Positions 55,401-64,000 of a stretch of DNA of 64,000 nucleotides are shown here, in pieces. The notes under the pieces are model-generated. The model had not been told where the DNA came from and ran no database searches. It saw nothing but the letters and a program-made list of their open reading frames with translations. How positions within the stretch are numbered: position 1 is the stretch's first letter; every line of letters starts with the position of its first letter. Source of the stretch: Lingula anatina. Its lineage: Eukaryota > Animalia > Brachiopoda. A program made the position numbers and the translations under genes. The stretch spans positions 744,001-808,000 of the forward strand of contig CM120647.1 of NCBI GenBank assembly GCA_051362555.1, written 5' to 3'.

Positions 55401-58400
55401 ACAATATTTATTTCCATGGAAATTTTGTCCCTACGAAAAGATTATTTGAGCACTGCGGACTTCAGCAAATATTTGTACATCCTCTTTTAAGTATGAATTA
55501 ATTCGTATAAAATATAAATTAAATGGACATTCGTATAAAATATAGATTAAATGGACATTTGTGTCAAAGGTATATGTATACCAGTAATGCAGTCTCTCCC
55601 CTTCTCTCTCTCGCCCTCCCTGTGTATTTTCTAAAAACAAAATGTAGAATTTTAGTCGTGAGTTTCCTTTTCTACACTTGTGCATATGTACTCGTATTAA
55701 GCAAACAGCACAGAACAGGAATCCACTAATAGAAGGCTAAGTAAAACTCATTTCAAAAAGGAGTGTAATATAAAATACCATTAGCCTTTTATTTTTTGAA
55801 GCAACACGAAAGAGGTAGTTTATGTCTGTTCGTATCTGCATTGAAAAATGATAAACCCCTTTTTTATTTTAAACTGGAAATGCAAGTACTGTATATAACA
55901 GTTAATAGTTAATAGTCGAGAACATAAATATTGCTTTCTTTATTTTTCAATCTTAGACAGGGTATTGGACATTTCCAGGCTTTCTTAATTTTCTTAACCA
56001 GCAGATATCCAGCCAACAGGAACCTCGGGGTAATAATAATAATATAATAATATACAGGTTAATGATATATTTATTTCGGGTACTGCTTCTCTTATTTGTA
56101 GCATTCTGTCATAGAATTAAAAGACAAAAATAAAAAACACAACACCAGACAGTGTGACTGTGGGCTAAAGGTCCACCTTAACCCGCCTAGGATACTTGGC
56201 GTGTTCAGGATTCCAGTGGTGCCATTCAGAACAGGGGACTACCTAGTACGAGGATCAAAATGGCGACCCACTACAAAGCTTGCCGTCTAATCCGCTAACA
56301 GACACTGAATAGATATCCCATGGGGAAGTATTCAAGTGGGCCGGACATATTTGACCTTCGGACTAGTTAGTCCCTTATTCTGAATGGGACCTAGGATGAG
56401 GAGGCAAGGGCTAACGAGCACGAGTCATTCATGATAGTTTGAAATAATTACCCACCACATAGCTGGATTATCTTGACCTCATATCAGAGGGGACGTTAAC
56501 CTGTCGTCCCTTCTACACCCTTTTTTTTCGTAGAGCAGTGTGACCAAATATCTTCAAGATTTTTTTTTTTTGGGGGGGGGGAGCTTTTAATTCATAGGTT
56601 TTTCTAATTTGATTATTTTGCAAACCCTACGCTATGAGACGCGCGCACATGCGAAAAATGAAAAATTAAGTTCTTAAAATTAATTCAGTGAAGAATTTTA
56701 TCAGCGATGTTCATCACTCGATAGCTATGACGTTTTCATTACTATATATCAATTATGCATCGGCCAGTGTACTAATTACTGTCCTTAGGGCTAATCATTT
56801 CCTGGACAGTCGGTCAAATCAGTGAACATATCAACATAAATATGATCACTGACTGAGGTGAATTCCTCATTACTGGCAATCTAAATCAGAGTATAAGTCA
56901 ACACTTTGTTGCGTGTTATAATCTTTGTTTCGTGCCTTCAATAACGGCGGTCAATGACTAGCTATATAGTTTACTTTCTTACGCGAATTAATTTGGATGA
57001 CTTAAACACAAAACAGCATCTCCTTGAAGTGCAACGCTGATTGACTCATAAAAAACCTATCATGGGACCATTAGTACATCTGTTTTTCATCGAGGCAAAT
57101 TATAATAATAACAACAACAACAATAATAATAATAATAATGTTAATGTTGTTGATGATTTAGTTAATTGTATTTGTTTCTATGAGTACAGTATATGTTGAT
57201 TTGTTAAATGAAGGAGGATAACACGTAGGACCATGAACGAAGTTTGTATGTTGAAATGGACTTGTTATTAATTGTTTTGCATGGAGAATGGTCGTTTATT
57301 CCAAGAAATCTGTCATCTTTTCAAAAGTTTGTAATAATCTATTATTTCCAGCAACTATATAATAAAAATTGCACCATGGAGGCGGTAGGGTGGTGGGGGA
57401 GGGATTGGGGGGGGGGGGGGTAACGAGCTGCTCCGTTGAGGAGACTCTTTTATCGTATGTAAAAACCCCAGCAGGCTATTGAGGTGTCACTCTTTCAGAC
57501 TGGGATTAATAGAGAACGCTGGGCTTGTGAGGATAGTTTATTGGTTTATTTGTCTCTTAATTTAAGATCACTTGTTTCCAGGTTCCAGAAGCTGAAACAT
57601 GGATGTGTTTGTAGACGACCAGATACAAGAAAATCATTCGACTGTCTTGGACACAACCATTTTGGTGAGTATACACTTAATATAAGTAAGAGCAAGAATG
57701 GAAAATGCAGCTCGCAGTTGTACGGTTAACTTTACTCGGTATAACTTTGACTTGGCCATCTTAGACACTGGCCATGGGGTTTTCGTGTTTTATGATCTAT
57801 TTAAAACGTTTTCTGGACTTAGTGTGTTAAGGAACGGCTATAAGACAAAATGTATCAAGGGAGTAGAAAGAAAGAATTACTTGTAAAATACAATATCTGA
57901 TTTTTTAAACAAATGGCTAGGACAACTGAATCCTAGAGCCTGGCAGAAGCAATGTATAGACTTAAAAGCCACTCATTTCTGACCAGTAACATTCATTGTA
58001 TTAGAAAATTCTTCTATAGTCGGATGCTTTTGTCTTCGGAAAATAAAATTTTGGTCGTAACAGAAAATTTCGACTGAAAAGTCGGCTGAAAGGTTGAAGG
58101 TTAATTATATCTATAATATCTATCTGTCATTCTTTGCTAGTGGTTACAAAAAGTTGAATTTGACCGAAAATTTCAAACTTTCTCTGGGAAGCTGTAATTT
58201 TGCGATGTGATAGCTACACCATCACAGTTTATCATTTCATAAAAAGGGAAACAGCAGCTGCCCTTTTTAGGGCACACAGGAGAGTTGAACAGCTATACCC
58301 ACCAAATCCAAGACGCGTTACCCTGGGCAATATATTTTGCACAAACTAATGAAAGTCTAATGGAATGTTTTCAGTTTTAGTTTAAATCATAAGGGGGTGT

Positions 58401-61400
58401 TGTCTCAATGCTTCAAAACTGGGTTTGAAGAATTTAATCCACATTTCATAATTAATAAAAATGGTGAATATGGGGTTCACGGTTACGTTATTGACGCGGG
58501 TACAAAAACTTTTTATAATCATGTAAATAATAACAATAATTTTGCTATTATCCATACACACTTCAATCATGAGGGGCACACCACTTTCACATGCTTTTAA
58601 AATGGAATTGACAAACACAGAGGAATAATGCACATATTTTATTTACTGTAACTCTTTCACATGGGACACACACTGAACAAAGTTGATCTAAAGAATGTTC
58701 CAGATTGTAGTTTTTTATCTGAATTATAATTTTTTTATTATTATTTTAACACAATAACGTTCAGTTAAATACAAAATTTAACAAAATGAAGTTCAGTGTA
58801 ACACAAAGTTCATAATTATAACATTCTTCCTGACATATGTGGACCAATGGTGATATCTGTTCTGTGCTCACTAAGGCATCCACTCTTGGGATTCTGAAAA
58901 AATATCACACAAAGAATCTGTTAACTCTGATAACGAACAATGGATAACCTAAGGTCACAAATAGTTTATTGCTTATTCAAACAAAGTACAGTGCATTATG
59001 AGTGGCAAACACGCATATTACTGAGACACATTTTCTTCACCCATTTTCGGTGCTTCATTGCGTAACGTAAGTGTTGCTAGTAATCCATTATTGCTGTTTT
59101 TACAGACGGTTAAATTTTAAACGCACGGAAAACAGTGTAGCAGCTTAATTTAAGACAAAACTAAAAAAAAGTAATTCAATTTCGATGATTGAGTTTTCGA
59201 GAACAAGAGAACATGAATACGGTATCACCGCGTCACCATGTTCAATGTGACCTTTAGTCCCCCATGTGACACAGACGCAAAACGAATGTTCAGACGAAGT
59301 CACCCTACTTATAGAATGGTAAAAATCAATCGGTACACAAATATGTTGAAACAATTGAAGAAAAATGAAACGAAACTCATTATTTCTCACCTTCATACAA
59401 AGAAGATCCCAATAAACAATCCTGTGACGGTTAAATCGAGGGAATTACACCTGTGCCCTGCATCCTATCTCGACAGCGTCATTGCGTGACATGTTATCAG
59501 AATGGGTCACCCGCCAGTTTGAGCTGGTTTTTTTAGTGTGCAAAAGAAGCCATTCTTGTGTAAGACGTCATCAGTTAGTGAGTATGGAAGAAGATCGCTA
59601 TCGATGTATAATTTTCACGCGGCATTTTAAGTCGTCTGATAAGAATCGATCTCTGAAGTTTCAGCGTTGCGAACGTTATATTGGGACGCGGTGAAGAAAA
59701 ATCGACCTTGCTGAGCAATAAATGTGAAATTCTTAAGAAAACTGATATTATCATGGATTTCGTGACACAAACTAACCGACATACTACTTTGGACGATTGA
59801 ACAGTTTTAATACGGAAAGATAGGATTAGATGAAATTTTCATCGGGGTGGGACACCGCATGTATCGTAAGTTAAGCTAATTTTGTGATCATTTTTCAGTC
59901 ACTTCAAATAAATTTTTATTTAAATAACCATTTGCACATTCTGTTTATTATATCTTCTTGCAGTAGGTGTATTCCCTGCTTCAATAATTCATTCAAACCC
60001 TAAACAAACTGTTCCTAAATAGAGGTAGGGTCGAAATTCCACAAAAAAAGACGATATATTTTCTGCTTTTTCTCTTATTTTGCTTTTATAACAGCATCCT
60101 CCTTGCTCATGCAGCTTCTTTGATTTGTTATTGAAACATACACAACGATGTCATGAGAATTTGGTTGGCTATCTAAATTTAAATAACATTCTTGTTATGG
60201 CCCCCCTGCAGTGCACCACTAGCAAAGAATGACTGCTATATTAATTATATTAACTATTAACTACATATAGAAAACTACAGCCATCTTATATAAGTGACGT
60301 ATAATTTGGCAGTACGGGAGTTACTCTGAAAGGTAAAGAGCTGATGATGCCCCCTATCGTAATGTTTAATTCTCTGTGCTATTTCAGTGATCAAGGCAAA
60401 GGTGATGAAATCCGCTGAGAGTCGTGACGTCATCAAGCCCTCGGTTTCGTACAGACCTGCCGCTAAATACGCCGTACATATACAACATATATTCAAAGTA
60501 AGTCTTTGGCATAAAACGCCATACATAACATGGAACATATTTAATAAAAGTCTTCGTCAAAAGAATTTAATGACATAAGTCGACCAGTTAAGGCGAGGGC
60601 TGTTGCATCTCATTCGCAAACGGTTATATATCGAAATGAATAGCTCAAAAATGGGTCTCTAGATCGTAATTTTCTTATGGTTTTGGGTACGGTATTTAGT
60701 GAAAAAGGGGTGATGTTGAAAATTTTCCAGGAAATACTTTTCATTTTCTTTGCAATCTATATATGTCCACATGATATGTAGTTACTTGTTCGAAAATAAA
60801 CATTTATTGCCCTTAATTTTAGGATGTGTCTGGAAGTCTTAAGACAGGTGACAATTACGTGACGGCAAACAGATCCTCTTTCGTCTGTGATACCTATTTA
60901 ATTACGGGAGAAGAATATTTACTTAAAGGTAAGAAAGTGTGAACCTTTAATATCAGTCATATATGCATTTTTATCATTTATATCTGGGCTTAGTATGGCT
61001 GTCAACACTTAATGATATAAGGTAGGGGAGACCGGGGCTAGTTGGACCCCGGGGTAAGTTGGCCCCCCATCAAGTCTTTTTAATAAAGTTACTTTAAGAT
61101 GCTAAATTATTTCATTTGGACTCACTGCCGACGCTTTCTTAGCACTATTGGATAGGGCCACTTTACAAAATGATGTGATCAATACTTTTACCCCATGTTA
61201 CTTTGTCATAATTTGATGGGGGTGGGGTGGGGGTGGGGTGGGGGGGACTTATCCCAGGGTTCAACTAGCCCCGCTCTCCCCTAAACAATGCAGCGTCCCG
61301 TCATCTTGACTTCCCTAAGATGCTAAAAGATTTCCTCATTTTAAAAAAGGTGAAAAATTTAATTTGAAATGAAAGTCGATTAATCTCACTTTTTGATTTT

Positions 61401-63877
61401 TCATTTAGTTTTTTATTAAGAGAGTTTAACAGCTGTGACGCTAACGAGGCACTGGAAAATAAATGAATTAAAAAAAAAAGAATAATAGAAATTCATCAAA
61501 AACGGTTAGATCTTGTATCTGAAAATCATCATGATATATATGACTATATTTGGATTTAACGTTCCGGAAATGGTTGACCACAGCGACCGGAATGACCACC
61601 ACGAGGCCAATTTTAGGAACACTGGGGTCGGCGATTTATAAATAAAATAAAAAGGCATAGTATTATCAAAGGACCACAAGGTGCGAGGCACTGTTTACAT
61701 CCCGCCGTAAGGTTACTTTTATTTTAAACATAATTGTTTCTTAACTTCGTTAAATCTTCTAACACCTCTTAAAAGGATAATCAGAAAACAATTCTTTATT
61801 TTCAAAGAAGGGTCATTGAAGCAGACCCTAAATATTACAAGACAGGTTTAGGGTACTCCGTTTACAAACATCTTTTATAGGGTCTGGAGAGAGAGAGAGA
61901 GAGAGAGAGGGGGAGGGGGGGGGAGAAAGAGGTGTCCTTTCAAAACGTCGCTTCGCGGTTACACAGAGGTCCATTGGTAAACTGGACACAAACATTTCAA
62001 CTGACCAGTGTCACGCGGTGCAGTATTCTGAACATGCATTTCTTCAGGTCACACAAACAACAAAGTTATCTCTCAAAAAATTCGATCTCATCACGCTTCC
62101 ATCACGCCAAGTGCTGAGCCAATAAATTACAAATGAATACCACTCTCTGTTCTTCCGTGGCGGGACCAATCCGTCAGACAAAATCTGAGATTAACATGTC
62201 AAATTTATAGCCGGATAGAGGGTGCAGAAGAAAAGTACTGAACAAAAAGTTTACTGCAGTTTAAAAAAAGGAAACAAAAAAAAAAAAAAAAAGAAACAGA
62301 AAGATAAATATTTGAATAAACAACAACTAAAAAAAAGAAGAGGAATTTTTCTTACGAACCAGTATGTACTGGAATAATTTTACCTATGGATATAAATATA
62401 TAATAAGGAATATTAAACATTAAACAAACAAACAAATAAATAAATGAAAGGGAGAGGTGCAGAATGTGTCTATAACCCTTTAAAGGGTGGGCAGAGTAAG
62501 ACCTACCCTCACACCTAGGGCCCAGATCCTGGGTCGTATTGCATGAGGTCTGATCTTCACGACGATATACTAACAATTTCAACACCTGAAAACACTGTAC
62601 TTCTTCATCAGGGCTGATATTGATCTCGCGTTTCGGTGAATGGACTTTGTTCTCCAAGAGCACCAGTGCGCCGTTAAACTTGAAACTCTTCGAATATGAA
62701 AAATGAAACAGTGACGATAGCAAATCGTGGATTTTTGAATTTGTTACGATGTGAAGGACTAGCCTTAGTTTAATTTGACAATTTTGCATATCGCCCTCGG
62801 ACTTGTTTCATATTCAAGTCAGCCATCAACAGTTCGTCAGTGGCGGAGTTAGAGGGGGAGGGGGGTCGGGGGTCCGGCTTCGTATCCACGGACCCCCACT
62901 TCAAATAAACCTGGATCCGCCCCTGTTCGTGACACCTTCTGAGGCAAATGATCCTGAAGATATGCGTTGGTTTTGCTCTTTAAGTAGTCCAAGCTTTGTC
63001 CACAGACTTTATGACATTGTCGAATGTGTAGGTTGATAAAAAATAATATTTTCTACAGAGACTAAACGAGTTTTCCACCTATAACACATGCCATTTCGAC
63101 ATAACTGACTGTGTGTTATGTAACAATATCAGTTCCAATATTTATCATTTTTCAGGGAAATATGTGCGTGGTGAGTTGCGGCTCGGGAACATGTGTGAGT
63201 ATGGCGGTCAGTGGGACACGATACCAAGGTCAAGGACGAACTATCTCATGTCACGGGGCATTTGTTCCTTAGCCGACAGACTGCAGCTGCCATCTGGTGG
63301 CCAGTTTAAATCTAAAATCGAAACAAAATTGGATTCACACAAGAAAGTACCAAATTCAGCAAACAAGATGAAACCTAAAAATGAAATAAAATTGGACTCA
63401 TCCAAGAAATCCCCTAGTTTAGCAAGCGAGTTGAAATCTAAAAATGAAAGAAAATTGGAACCACCCAAGAAAGCTCCAAGTTTACTGAGCGAGTTTAAAT
63501 CTAAAAACGAAACAAAACTGGTATCATCCGAGATTGTTCCAAAGAAGACGTTGGGATATATCAGGTACGTACAGCCTTCGATCCGATCTTTTGTGAAAGA
63601 CAACTTATTTAGTTTTTGCTAGGACCGGTTTAGTCGATTTGTTAAGTTGATCACAACCTCCTGGTCTTAATATCTAATGACACAGAAAGCCGCTTAAAGA
63701 GCACTTCTGTCTGCCCGTCTGTCTGTCTGTTTGTCCGTCTGTTTGTCTGTCTGTCTGTCTGACTATCTCTTACCTTAGGATCACTTGTTTCTAGGTTCGA
63801 GAAGCTGAAACATGGATGTGTTTGTAGACGACCAGACACAAGAGAATCTTTCGACTGCCTTGGAAACAACCACTTTG
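51851..63877 (+). CDS. Secreted protein with repeated Cys module and Lys/Ser-rich 21-aa repeats (partial; exons 51851-51963, 57582-57664, 63156-63564, 63795-63877)
   Basis: gccATG followed by signal peptide MRWDAGLGVLLLMLAGVLLLRCAEA. All junctions are GT-AG with matching phases (2, 1, 2, 1). Exon 4 is a near-identical copy of exon 2 (F-x-KLKHGCVCRRPDTR-x-SFDCLG-x-NHF). Continues beyond the window. Confidence 0.75.
56218..56391. mobile_element. MITE, same family as 48395-48580
   Basis: GGTGCCATTCAGAACAGGGGACTA ... TAGTCCCTTATTCTGAATGGGACC. Confidence 0.6.
61023..61283. mobile_element. MITE
   Basis: TAGGGGAGACCGGGGCTAGTTG ... CAACTAGCCCCGCTCTCCCCTA. Confidence 0.7.
62838..62925. mobile_element. 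Short MITE with CAG...CTG ends
   Basis: CAGTGGCGGA ... TCCGCCCCTG, flanked by TTCGT on both sides. Confidence 0.5.
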
Positions 63878-64000
63878 GTGAGCATACAGTTAATATAAGT
63901 GAGGACAAGAATGGGAAATTGTTTGCCGTAGTATTTTCCCTGTGAGATACTTTTGTATTCGGAAAAATGAAATTAATTTGATATGCACTATTAATTTTCG

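Overview
AT-rich eukaryotic genomic DNA with spliceosomal introns, from an animal, probably a marine invertebrate (species cannot be determined here). The main feature is a large minus-strand gene (about 26.8 kb to 2.5 kb, running off the window start). It assembles by hand from 14 GT-AG exons with compatible phases into at least 1,986 codons: DZIP3-type HEPN domain with intact R-x5-H motif, coiled coil, TRADD-N-like module(s), then a complete DExH RNA helicase resembling TDRD9/Spindle-E (RecA1, RecA2, HA2, long C-terminal region). This is a candidate RNA-sensing nuclease/helicase immune effector. Upstream lie a full-length BEL/Pao LTR retrotransposon, nested with two copies of an ISL2EU-like DNA transposon, and a young, internally deleted Ty3/Gypsy element with gag and an env fragment. 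Two spliced secreted-protein genes missed or fragmented by the ORF track are also present: a small Cys-rich peptide on the minus strand and a Cys-module/Lys-Ser repeat protein on the plus strand. Introns hold Helentron-like, CCCAG-type, Kolobok-like, IS3EU-like and Tc1/mariner-type non-autonomous elements plus minisatellites. All family assignments come from motif recognition by eye, not from database searches.
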